In this document: piece after piece, positions 45,705 through 54,345 of the stretch | Layout of the letters: the number at the start of each line of letters is the position of its first letter | How positions within the stretch are numbered: the first letter of the stretch is position 1 | Notes under the pieces: model-generated | Databases searched by the model: none | Seen by the model: the letters and a program-made list of their open reading frames with translations, nothing else | What the model was told of the DNA's origin: nothing | Program-made: the position numbers and the translations under genes | NCBI GenBank assembly: GCA_003601775.1 | Contig: PIYN01000001.1 | Span: forward strand, 27,758-91,757 | Direction: 5' to 3' | DNA length: 64,000 nt | Source of the DNA: Candidatus Bathyarchaeota archaeon | Lineage (GTDB): Archaea > Thermoproteota > Bathyarchaeia > TCS64 > PIYN01

Positions 45705-45720
45705 TTTTGATTTTTTTTAA
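45705..45720 (+). terminator. oligo-T terminator after tandem-paralog cassette
   Basis: ctcttttgattttttttaa lies ~45 nt after the paralog B stop. Confidence 0.5.
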
Positions 45721-45868
45721 CAGGGAGGTAGTTACTGATGTTTCTTCAAGATCTATCAGTGGGCCCCTTGGGGGGCTGAGCCTTTGGGACCCAGCCATTA
45801 GAGAGTGTAGGAGACAGGGACAAGTCTCCAAGGAAAGGGTTATTTATTTCTGAGGAAGTGAAAGATCG

Positions 45869-46450
45869 TTGGCGATTCCCATGAACCTTTGGCGAGATCT
45901 TCCTGCGGGAGACGATCCACCGGACCTCGTGAATATGATCGTGGAGGTGATAAGCGGCTCCAGGGATAAGTACGAGTACCATAGGGAGTGGGAGGTCTTC
46001 GTCTTGGATAGGGTCCTTCACTCTTCTGTGGTCTTCCCCGTCGAGTACGGCTTCATCCCCCGGACCTGGTCAGAGGACGGAGATCCTCTGGATATCATGG
46101 CCCTCTCCTACGAACCCGCGGAGGTCGGGTGCCTCCTAAAGGTGCGCCCCATCGCCCTCCTCGTCATGGAGGATGAGGCCGGCGTGGACCATAAGGTCCT
46201 ATCCGTCCCAGTGAGCGACCCAAGGTTCGACGGCTACACCGACCTTGAGGATGTCCATCCCCACCTCCTCAGGGAGATCAGGGAGTTCTTCGAGATCTAC
46301 AAGAGGCTCGAGCCTGGAAAATGGGTGAAGTTCAGGGGCTGGAGAGGGGCAGAGGAGGCGAAGAGGCTCATCAGTCATGCGATCGACCTCTACCAGAGGG
46401 AGTTCACTGGGCCTTCCAGCACATCTGGTAGAGGTCGGAGAAGTGAATGA
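45869..46450 (+). CDS. ppa: inorganic pyrophosphatase (family I)
   Basis: Conserved PPase core VNMIVEVISGSRDKYEY...DGDPLDIMAL...EDEAGVDHKVLSV. The likely start is the ATG at 45881. A TATA-like ttatttattt lies ~25 bp upstream. Confidence 0.85.
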   Translation: MAIPMNLWRDLPAGDDPPDLVNMIVEVISGSRDKYEYHREWEVFVLDRVLHSSVVFPVEYGFIPRTWSEDGDPLDIMALSYEPAEVGCLLKVRPIALLVMEDEAGVDHKVLSVPVSDPRFDGYTDLEDVHPHLLREIREFFEIYKRLEPGKWVKFRGWRGAEEAKRLISHAIDLYQREFTGPSSTSGRGRRSE

Positions 46451-46765
46451 GATCCCCACCACACTCCTCCTCCAAGAAAGACTTATGCATCTTCTCAAAC
46501 ACCCCAGCAGATTGTGGGATATGAAAAATACGAAGGAACCATACACCTCAGATTAACATAAATCCCATAAAAATTGACGATCTTGGAACGTGAATTTGGC
46601 AGTTCTCTCCTCGCATCATAGAGGAGATCCGAAAGAACTTCGCCTCCCTGGAACTCTTTAACATATATTATGGAATATTATAATTAAATTAATAAATTTT
46701 TAATCAATTTCTTTAAATTTTAAGGCTTTATCGTTTCCTATAGATTATAAAATGGATGTTCCATT

Positions 46766-46819
46766 GTCTGAATTGAATCAGACGATATGCCCCAATGTGA
46801 GACATTGGGGTGTCTGATT
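46766..46819 (+). ncRNA. structured element in AT-rich leader upstream of ftsZ (nested or alternative hairpins); function unknown
   Basis: Seen in sequence: an inner perfect hairpin ccccaatg-tgaga-cattgggg (46790-46810). It is enclosed by the stem aatcagac (46776-83) / gtctgatt (46812-19). An upstream gtctg (46766-70) could alternatively pair with cagac (46779-83). Confidence 0.3.
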
Positions 46820-46849
46820 GGTTAAACGACTTTAACCTCGGTATAGGAG

Positions 46850-47971
46850 GTGGGAAGGATGGTGTTGATGGAGAAGGCGCTGAGGTATACGCGCCATGAG
46901 GTTACTGAGAGGGGGCTGATAGAGCCCGGGCGGTGTCGGATCCTCATCCTGGGGGTAGGCGGAGCAGGGAATAACACCTTGGATAGACTGATGAGGCTGG
47001 GCGTCGGCGGGGCGGAGTGCATCGCCATAAACACGGATATACAGCACCTCGAGATGATCCACGCGGACAAGAAGGTCCTCATAGGGGAGAAGGTGACCAG
47101 GGGTCTCGGCGCCGGGGGGAAGCCCAAGGTGGGCAGGGAGGCGATACTGGAGAGCAGGCGCAAGATCGAGAACCTCGTCGAGGGCGTGGACATCGCCTTC
47201 GTCACGGCGGGGATGGGCGGCGGGACGGGGACGGGCGCGGCGCCGGTGGTGGCGGAGATATGCAAGAGGAAGGGGGCGATCGTCGTCGGCGTCATCACGA
47301 TGCCCTTCAGGCACGAGAAGGGGCGGATAGACTTCGCGGTGCAAGGCCTCACGGAGATGAGGAGGGCGACAGATACCACGGTGATCATAGACAACAACAA
47401 GCTGATGGACCTCGTCCCCCAGCTCCCCATCAACGACGCCTTTACCCTGGCCGACGAGATCTTGGCGAACATGGTCAAGGGGATCGTGGAGACGATCGCC
47501 CTCCCGAGCCTCATAAACCTCGACTTCGCGGACTTCAAGACGATCATGGAGCAGGGGGACGTCGCCATCGTCGGCCTCGGGGAGTCCGACGCGCCGAACA
47601 GGGCCGAGGAGGCGGCGAGGAATGCCATGAGCCACTTCCTCCTCGACGTGGACTACGAGGGCGCCAACGGGGCCCTAATCCACATCTCAGGGGGGAAGGA
47701 CCTGACGCTGGGGGAGGCTGTGAGGACGGCGGAGATCGTGACGGAGATGATGGACGAGAAGGCGATGGTCATCTGGGGTGCGAGGGTCGATCCATCCCTC
47801 GGGGACCTGCTCAGGGTCACCCTCGTCCTGACGGGGATACGTTCACCCCAGATCCTGGGCGGATACCGCTTCCCGAGGACGGAGCTCTTCAACCTCGAGC
47901 CCTACGCAGGACCGGAGGAGCCGCTGAAGATAGACCTCGGCCTCTACCAGATGGAGGGAAAGGTGAAGTAG
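46850..47971 (+). CDS. ftsZ: cell division GTPase FtsZ (tubulin/FtsZ family)
   Basis: Tubulin signature GGGTGTGAAPVVAEI. N-terminal GVGGAGNN, the T7-loop region and an FtsZ C-terminal domain. GTG start. Confidence 0.85.
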   Translation: MGRMVLMEKALRYTRHEVTERGLIEPGRCRILILGVGGAGNNTLDRLMRLGVGGAECIAINTDIQHLEMIHADKKVLIGEKVTRGLGAGGKPKVGREAILESRRKIENLVEGVDIAFVTAGMGGGTGTGAAPVVAEICKRKGAIVVGVITMPFRHEKGRIDFAVQGLTEMRRATDTTVIIDNNKLMDLVPQLPINDAFTLADEILANMVKGIVETIALPSLINLDFADFKTIMEQGDVAIVGLGESDAPNRAEEAARNAMSHFLLDVDYEGANGALIHISGGKDLTLGEAVRTAEIVTEMMDEKAMVIWGARVDPSLGDLLRVTLVLTGIRSPQILGGYRFPRTELFNLEPYAGPEEPLKIDLGLYQMEGKVK

Positions 47972-48633
47972 ACCCTTAGTGGTCTCCTCATTTTGAGGAC
48001 CTTCAGAAGCCTCTCCCTCAGGGTGATACCTCCCCCCAGGGCCTCTGTCCTCCCCTCTCTCACAGCCTCCAATATATCTGAGACACTTCTCGAATCCGAG
48101 TCGATGACAGTATAGGCCCTGCCTATGGCCTGGGGGATATGAGCATCGCTCCCCCCAGTCATGGGGAGGCCGAGTTTCATGGCCAAGGCCCTGTTTATTC
48201 TCGCCATCCATGAATGAGGGAAGGAGGCGGCGTTCACGACCTCCAGGGCATCCGGCCTCGAAGCCCTGAGGACATCGACGTCCAGGAGCGGCCTGAGGAG
48301 GGAGATGGGATGGGCGACCACGGCGAGGCCGCCCAGTTCATGTATCCGCTCGACGGCCTCCACGAAACTGAGGCCCTCTTCAACGGGCCTCTCGACGTTG
48401 AGGGCGAGGATGTGCCCGCTGGGGGTCTCGACCTCCATTCCAGGTATGACGACGATCTCCCTACACCTCTCCGCCGCCCTCCATCCTCCTTCAAGGGTCC
48501 CATGATCCGTCACGGCCAACCCGTCTAAGCCCTCGGCCCGGCAGCGGGGGACAAGGTCCTCGATCTCTATGAGGCTGTCTCGGGAGTAGACCGTATGGAC
48601 GTGGAGGTCTATCCGGAGCCTCAACCCCCGCAC
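47944..48633 (-). CDS. PHP-domain metal-dependent phosphoesterase
   Basis: N-terminal DLHVHTVYSRDS and a later VTDHGT motif, matching the PHP His/Asp pattern. 229 aa. It sits directly downstream of metG. Confidence 0.7.
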   Translation of the reverse strand: MRGLRLRIDLHVHTVYSRDSLIEIEDLVPRCRAEGLDGLAVTDHGTLEGGWRAAERCREIVVIPGMEVETPSGHILALNVERPVEEGLSFVEAVERIHELGGLAVVAHPISLLRPLLDVDVLRASRPDALEVVNAASFPHSWMARINRALAMKLGLPMTGGSDAHIPQAIGRAYTVIDSDSRSVSDILEAVREGRTEALGGGITLRERLLKVLKMRRPLRVYFTFPSIW

Positions 48634-48635
48634 CC

Positions 48636-50345
48636 TCAGGAGCCCTGGGCCTTGGAGATCCGCTCCCTCACCCTCTCTATGAGGGGGGCGATCTCCTCGT
48701 CGGAGGCCCTCTTAAATAGCGGCCTGGGACGACCCAGTCTTCTCCCCGCCATGGGCGGGCTAAGGGCCTCGGCTACCAGGGCCTCCTCTACCTTCCCCTC
48801 CTCCCCGAGCTGCTCCCAGAGTTCCTGAGCCTTCCCAGGCATGAGGGGGGACATCAGGACGGCGAGGGCCCTCGCGATCCAGAGGCAGTTGTAGATGGTC
48901 GCTGAGCAGGCCTCCCTGTCCTCCTTCAGTGTCTTCCAGGGGGTATGGCTCTGGAAGTACCTGTTCCCGAAGGCGGAGAGGGCGAGGACGGAGTCCGCGA
49001 TCTTCTTGAACTCGTACTCGTCGAGGCCCAGGAGGATCTCCTCTATGGTCTCCTCTATGGTCCTCTTCACCTCGTCGTCCTTCAGCCCCTCTGGGATGCC
49101 GCCGAAGTTCCTGTGAGCGAAGAGGAGGACCCTGTAGAGGAAGTTCCCCAACGTCCCAACCAGCTCCTTGTTCACCTTCTCCTGATAGGCCCTCCAGGAG
49201 AAGTCCAGGTCCTTGGTGTGCCCCGTATAGGATAGGATGTAGTACCTCAGTGCATCGGGGTCAAGGCCCTCCTCGAGGTAGTCCTCCTCCACCCAGATGA
49301 CGTAGCCCCTACTCTTGGAGAAGATCTTCCCCTCGACCCTGACCATCCCGGAGGCGACGACGGCCCAGGGGAGGTTGTAGCCGCTCCCCCTGAGCATCGC
49401 CGGCCAGAAGATGCAGTGGTGGTAGACGATGTCCCCTCCTATGAAGTGGATGATGCGCCCCCTCCCCTTCCAGAAGAGCCTCCAGTCCCCCCCGGTCTTC
49501 TCGGCCCACTCCTCCGTCGAGGAGAGGTAGCCTATGGGGGCGTCCACCCAGACGTAGAGGACGAGGTCCTCCTCCCCCGGGAACTTCACCCCCCACTCTA
49601 TGTTCCTGGTGATGCACCAGTCCCTCAGCCCCTTCTCCACCCACTGGAGGGCGTAGTTCCTGGCGATGGAGGTCCCCTCGAGCCCCTGGAGGTACTCCCT
49701 GAGGAAGTCCTCGAAGGCGGATAGCCTCAGGAAGTAATGCTTTGTTCTCCTCATCTCCGCGGCGGTCCCGCAGATGGCGCACCTCGGGTTGAGAAGCTCC
49801 CCCGGCTCAAGGTGTCTCCCACACCCCTGGTCGCACTCGTCCCCTCTCGCCTCGGCGCCGCAGTAGGGGCAGGTCCCCCTCACGTAGCGGTCGGGGAGGA
49901 ATCTCCTACAACGTGGGCAGTAGGGCTGCTCGATCTCCTTAGGATAGACGTAACCCCTCTCCATGAGTGTCCTCACGATCTGCTGAGTCCGGCGGTGATT
50001 CCTGGGGTCGTCGGTGCTGCCGTAGTTGTCGAAGATGATGTTCAGCCTCCTGAAGACCTCCTGGTAATGCCTGTGGTAGCGGGATGCCAGCTCCCTCGGC
50101 GTGATCCCAAGTGCCTCCGCGTTCACGGTGATGGGCGTCCCATGGGTATCGGAGCCACAGACGAAGACGACCTCCTGCCCCAGCTTCCTCAGGTAGCGGA
50201 CGAAGACGTCCCCAGGGACGTAGGTCCTCAGATGGGCTATGTGACATGGACCGTTGGCATAGGGGAGGGCACAGGTGACAAGGATCGGGCGGTCCTGGGG
50301 GAACTTATGTCGGCTCAAAATCCTCTCAGCCTTGAGTTCTATCAC
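48636..50345 (-). CDS. metG: methionyl-tRNA synthetase
   Basis: HIGH-type motif PYANGPCHIAH and KMSKS-type KFSKSRG. Zn knuckles CPRCRR...CPYCG. The anticodon-binding helical domain is present. 569 aa. Confidence 0.9.
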   Translation of the reverse strand: MIELKAERILSRHKFPQDRPILVTCALPYANGPCHIAHLRTYVPGDVFVRYLRKLGQEVVFVCGSDTHGTPITVNAEALGITPRELASRYHRHYQEVFRRLNIIFDNYGSTDDPRNHRRTQQIVRTLMERGYVYPKEIEQPYCPRCRRFLPDRYVRGTCPYCGAEARGDECDQGCGRHLEPGELLNPRCAICGTAAEMRRTKHYFLRLSAFEDFLREYLQGLEGTSIARNYALQWVEKGLRDWCITRNIEWGVKFPGEEDLVLYVWVDAPIGYLSSTEEWAEKTGGDWRLFWKGRGRIIHFIGGDIVYHHCIFWPAMLRGSGYNLPWAVVASGMVRVEGKIFSKSRGYVIWVEEDYLEEGLDPDALRYYILSYTGHTKDLDFSWRAYQEKVNKELVGTLGNFLYRVLLFAHRNFGGIPEGLKDDEVKRTIEETIEEILLGLDEYEFKKIADSVLALSAFGNRYFQSHTPWKTLKEDREACSATIYNCLWIARALAVLMSPLMPGKAQELWEQLGEEGKVEEALVAEALSPPMAGRRLGRPRPLFKRASDEEIAPLIERVRERISKAQGS

Positions 50346-50420
50346 CTAACCAGATACGGTGAGAAGCATTATTTAAACCCAACTGGATGAGCCTGGGGCT
50401 CCTCAAGTAATGAACTCGTC

Positions 50421-51239
50421 CTATTCTTGCCTCTCCTCTTCTTCTGAGAGGAGCCTGAACTCCTCGAAGGTCAGTTTCTCCCCCCTCTCCAGTTTCTCCT
50501 TAATCCTCCTGAGGGCCTCTTCCTTCAATCTCTCCCTCTTCTTCCCTTCTATCTCCGCCCTGAGAGCCCTAAGCCTCCTCTTTAGGTCGAGTTCCTCCTT
50601 CCTGATCTCCCTGAGCCTCTCCCTTGCCTCCAAGACCCTCCTGTGGGCTTCATCGGCCTCCCCCCTCACCTCCTCCATCTTCTTAAAGACCTCGATCATC
50701 TCCTGATGTCTCGCCCGTCCCGCCTTCCTCCTCCTCCCTAATTCACCTTTCAGCTCCCTGACCCTGACCTGCCTTGCCATGATCTCAGCCCTCAGCTCGA
50801 GCCTCCTCGCCTCCAGTCTCTCAGCCTCATCGTAGGCCTCAAGCCTCCTCTTCAGCTCCCCGATCTCCCTGGCTACCTCCTCCTCCCTCCCCAGCATCTC
50901 CTCCGTAGGCGTCGTCATGACCTCCCACTCCAGCCTCCTCATCCTCTCCTCCAGCTCTCTGCGTTCCCCGGTCAGGACCTTCTCGACCTCCACAAGCCTC
51001 TGATCTACCTCTCGGAGTTTCCTCCTCCTCTCAGCTATCTCATCCCTGAGCCTCCGGATCTCCTCGATTAACTCTCGAGTCCGTCTATTCGCCTCGTCCC
51101 TCCTCTCTCTGAGCTCCAGGCCCCGAGACCTCAGTCTCCTCACCTCCTCGTTGAGCCTCTCCCGCTCCTCGACCCAGTGTTCTACCTCAGCCCTCAACGC
51201 CTCCCTCCTCTCTACCAGGGCTGAGAACTCCTCCTCCAA
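50421..51239 (-). CDS. highly charged (Arg/Glu/Leu-rich) coiled-coil protein, function unknown
   Basis: About 270 aa of continuous heptad-like ERRxxLxxE repeats. The track ORF begins at 51383, which is 128 nt inside the upstream MBL gene. An in-frame TTG at 51239, 17 nt after that gene's stop, is the more plausible start. Confidence 0.45.
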   Translation of the reverse strand: MEEEFSALVERREALRAEVEHWVEERERLNEEVRRLRSRGLELRERRDEANRRTRELIEEIRRLRDEIAERRRKLREVDQRLVEVEKVLTGERRELEERMRRLEWEVMTTPTEEMLGREEEVAREIGELKRRLEAYDEAERLEARRLELRAEIMARQVRVRELKGELGRRRKAGRARHQEMIEVFKKMEEVRGEADEAHRRVLEARERLREIRKEELDLKRRLRALRAEIEGKKRERLKEEALRRIKEKLERGEKLTFEEFRLLSEEEERQE

Positions 51240-51255
51240 CCTCCTGGGTTCCTCC

Positions 51256-52131
51256 TCACCCCCCACCCTCCTCCCCCTCCTGTTGGTACAGCTCCCTCCT
51301 CCTCGCCTCCAGCAGGTCTGGCTCCAGGCCCAGGAACTCCGCGGCCGTGACGATGGAGACACCCATCTCCTCCGCCGCCTCATATACTCGGCCGATCTGA
51401 GTCCTGTAGTTGAGATCCCTGGTGAGGTGGTGGTCCACTATGACCCTCCGCACACCCGTCCTCTCCATGATCTCGATGAGGTTCCTGTTCGCAGCCTCGA
51501 GGCACTCCGGAGGGTAGGCCTCCCCCAGCATGTAGGTCATCGGTCCATCTACGTAGAGGGTCCCCGGGTCCTCCTGGATTATGAACTCCACCTGCTCCCT
51601 GAGGGCGGGTCCCTGGACATCTGAGGTGAAGAGGAATCGACTGCTCTCCTCCACGCATACCTGGAGGACAAAGCCCAACATCGGCCCGATGCCATGGTAG
51701 ACGGGCTGGGAGAAGGTAATCTCCGTGGAGCCGATGGAGACCCGCCGCCCATCCACATAGGAGACCTCAACGGCGAGATCTCTGATCTTCCTCAGGAAGT
51801 CTGAGGCCCTCCTTCTCTGGCTCGAGTTTATCCGCTCCCTGGGGTGCTTCGTGTAGAGGACCTTTCCCTCATAGATCTCGGGCTCCTTGGGCTCGAAATG
51901 ATCATAGTGATAATGGGTTATGATGACAGCATCCGAGGTGGAGACCTTCTCCCTTATCTTGCTCCAGAGCTCCTCTCTTCTCTCCTTCTCCTTCCTATGA
52001 GGGGGGAGGCCGAACCTCTTCGGGCATAGGGCCACCCCCGGGTCTATGACGATTTCTACATCTCTCGTCCTGAGGTAGGTGGCCATGGAGCGGGCCCCGA
52101 GGCTCTCAGAGGCCAGAGGTACGATCTCCAT
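51256..52131 (-). CDS. MBL-fold metallo-hydrolase
   Basis: A His/Asp motif HYHYDH (HxHxDH) and further conserved His residues. 291 aa. Confidence 0.6.
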   Translation of the reverse strand: MEIVPLASESLGARSMATYLRTRDVEIVIDPGVALCPKRFGLPPHRKEKERREELWSKIREKVSTSDAVIITHYHYDHFEPKEPEIYEGKVLYTKHPRERINSSQRRRASDFLRKIRDLAVEVSYVDGRRVSIGSTEITFSQPVYHGIGPMLGFVLQVCVEESSRFLFTSDVQGPALREQVEFIIQEDPGTLYVDGPMTYMLGEAYPPECLEAANRNLIEIMERTGVRRVIVDHHLTRDLNYRTQIGRVYEAAEEMGVSIVTAAEFLGLEPDLLEARRRELYQQEGEEGGG

Positions 52132-52187
52132 AACGCCCCAACGCTAAGGGGAGGCGGGAGATATAAAACTTAACGTGTAGACAAACG

Positions 52188-53507
52188 CTATTCTTCCCTC
52201 TTCCTCGGCTCCTTCACGAAGAGGCCGAAGATGACCGCCGCCAAGAGGCCGAGGATCAATGAGATGTTGAAGGGCATCTGAGGTGTGTAGTTATTCCATA
52301 TATAGCCGCCGATCCAGGAGGAAGGTGCCCCAACCACACCGGTGATTGTCCCGATAGTCCCCATGATGGTCCCCCGTTTCTCCCTTGGGATGAGGTCTGC
52401 CACGAGGGCCTGCCAGGCCGGTCCCCCAGCGAACCCCCAGATCCCCCCTCCCAGGGCCGCCCCGACGCTGCCGATGAGCTGTACGGTGAGGTACTGGGGG
52501 AAGTTCTTCACGATGGTGATCCCCCAAGTCGTAAGGGGCGTGATGCACCTCGTGGCCAGGATCATCGGCTTCCTCCCGAACCGGTCTGAGAGCATCCCCC
52601 CGGGCATGGAGAGGAGGGTGGATATGACGCTGCCGAGGGTCTGCACGAGCCCGAGTTGGGTGTTCGTTAGACCTATGATCTCGATGGCGTAGATGCTCAT
52701 AAAGGGCATGACCAACCTCAAGGCGAAGCCCCCGAGGGTGGCGACGACCATCATCACCCATATCGTCCTGGGGACCTCGAAGGCCGAGGTGAACGTCGTC
52801 CTCGCGCTCCGTGATCTGCCTTCTCTTACTAACGTCTCCTCCAGGAACTTCGCCCTGGCGATGATGATTACGATCGAAGCGAAGATCGTGGCGAAGAGGA
52901 AGACCCTGACCCCCTCCTCGTATCCTAACATATCCATGACGATCCCGCCGATGAAGGGCATGAAGATCCTTGGAAGGGAGGTGATCATCCTATAGGCGCC
53001 ATACCCCGCCCCTCTCTGCCTATGGGGGAGCGAGTCCGCTATGATGGCGTTGAAGGCCGGCATGTAGATGCTTGCCATGGCACTTATGAGGAGCGCCGGG
53101 ATGACATGAACCCAGGTCGTGGCCAGGAGATATATGATGGGAGGTATCAGCCTGAAGACCGTCCCATAGACGATGATCCTCCTCCGCCCAAACTTGTCAG
53201 CGAGGATCCCGCCGGGTAGCTGGAAGAGGAGCTGGGAGGAGGATTGGATCATCGAGAGCATCCCCACCACAGGGATGGAGGCCTTCAGCACGTGCTTCAG
53301 GTACAGTGACCAATAGGGGCGCCAGCTCATATTGCAGATGCTCCATAGGGAGGTCGTGATGGAGATGACTAAGATATTCCTGTTGGAGAAGACGTTCCTT
53401 ATGACATCCCTGAAGGAGGAAGACATCGATCTCCCCTGAGCTCTACTCCCCCCAATATCCTCCCCATCCCTATTTATCGTTTGCGATGAAATCAAGGATG
53501 ATATCAT
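52188..53507 (-). CDS. MFS-type membrane transporter
   Basis: 439 aa, 12 TMs, with the MFS loop motif GILADKFGRRRII. Confidence 0.6.
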   Translation of the reverse strand: MISSLISSQTINRDGEDIGGSRAQGRSMSSSFRDVIRNVFSNRNILVISITTSLWSICNMSWRPYWSLYLKHVLKASIPVVGMLSMIQSSSQLLFQLPGGILADKFGRRRIIVYGTVFRLIPPIIYLLATTWVHVIPALLISAMASIYMPAFNAIIADSLPHRQRGAGYGAYRMITSLPRIFMPFIGGIVMDMLGYEEGVRVFLFATIFASIVIIIARAKFLEETLVREGRSRSARTTFTSAFEVPRTIWVMMVVATLGGFALRLVMPFMSIYAIEIIGLTNTQLGLVQTLGSVISTLLSMPGGMLSDRFGRKPMILATRCITPLTTWGITIVKNFPQYLTVQLIGSVGAALGGGIWGFAGGPAWQALVADLIPREKRGTIMGTIGTITGVVGAPSSWIGGYIWNNYTPQMPFNISLILGLLAAVIFGLFVKEPRKREE

Positions 53508-53633
53508 GGTTGACTAATCGACCTAATGTTAGTCGGATTGAACCTCCCTGATGGATTCCAATAAGGAGGACGGGATCAGGTCTGCATCAAATTTATGAGG
53601 GGGTCTTTCCATTAATCAACTCGAGGGTGGGAG

Positions 53634-53957
53634 ATGCCGCAGAAGAAGAGCCTGAAGCAGATGGAGAAGCAGCAGATGCTGAGGGAGCGGAAGGCGAGGG
53701 AGAGGGAGAGAGAGGCCGCCAGGATCGAGAAGACCATCGGTAGGCTCGATATGCCGGACCTGAGCAGCGAGGAGTTCCTGGAGCAGTTGAGGCGGATGAA
53801 GGTCATAACGCCGACACAGCTCGCGTCTCAGCTGAACGTGCGGGTAAGCATAGCGAAGAGGGCCCTCGAGGAACTCAGGAAGAGGAGGATTGTGGACCTC
53901 GTCTCGAGGAGCCACAACCTAAAGATCTATGTGATGAGAACGGGGCCGGGATCTTAG
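53634..53957 (+). CDS. rps25e: ribosomal protein S25e
   Basis: 107 aa. A Lys/Arg/Glu-rich N-terminal tail, then a winged-helix region (ITPTQLASQLNVRVSIAKRALEEL) typical of eS25. Confidence 0.7.
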   Translation: MPQKKSLKQMEKQQMLRERKAREREREAARIEKTIGRLDMPDLSSEEFLEQLRRMKVITPTQLASQLNVRVSIAKRALEELRKRRIVDLVSRSHNLKIYVMRTGPGS

Positions 53958-54328
53958 AGCTTCTCCATCCTGACCTTCGTGCCACTTCTCAGTAGCTTAA
54001 ACGACTCAAGGTTCTTCGTGATCCTTCCTATGATGTTCACAGGGCTGTAGGGGGTGGAGGCGCTATGGAAGACGCAGATGCTGTCGCTCATAGGCCAGTA
54101 GGCGATGGTCCCGGCCTCCACCCTCCTCCTTGACTTCTCCTCCCCCCTCCTGAGGCCGATGATGAAGTAGATGCCGCCGGGGCAGGGGTAGGCCCTCCCT
54201 TCAAGGGGCAGGGCCCTTAGGATGGCCTCCACCGTCAGGGGGGCCGAGATCTTCGTCAGCACCCCCTCGGCTTCTCCCACCCCCTCCAAGATGAACCTCA
54301 CGGGGATCCTCGAGGAGACCTCCGCCAT
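53954..54328 (-). CDS. small archaeal cyclophilin-like-fold protein (tentative)
   Basis: 124 aa. The region GTIAYWPMSDSICVF resembles the archaeal cyclophilin-like family. Low certainty. Confidence 0.35.
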   Translation of the reverse strand: MAEVSSRIPVRFILEGVGEAEGVLTKISAPLTVEAILRALPLEGRAYPCPGGIYFIIGLRRGEEKSRRRVEAGTIAYWPMSDSICVFHSASTPYSPVNIIGRITKNLESFKLLRSGTKVRMEKL

Positions 54329-54345
54329 TCAGACCACTCCCCTGC

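Noticed and set aside
45746-46021. 91-aa minus-strand ORF overlapping the ppa start
   Set aside because: It overlaps a highly conserved gene (inorganic pyrophosphatase) and has no recognisable features.
46822-47635. Two ~267-aa minus-strand ORFs antisense to ftsZ
   Set aside because: FtsZ on the plus strand is unambiguous (GGGTGTG). The antisense frames are His/Arg/Pro-rich artefacts.
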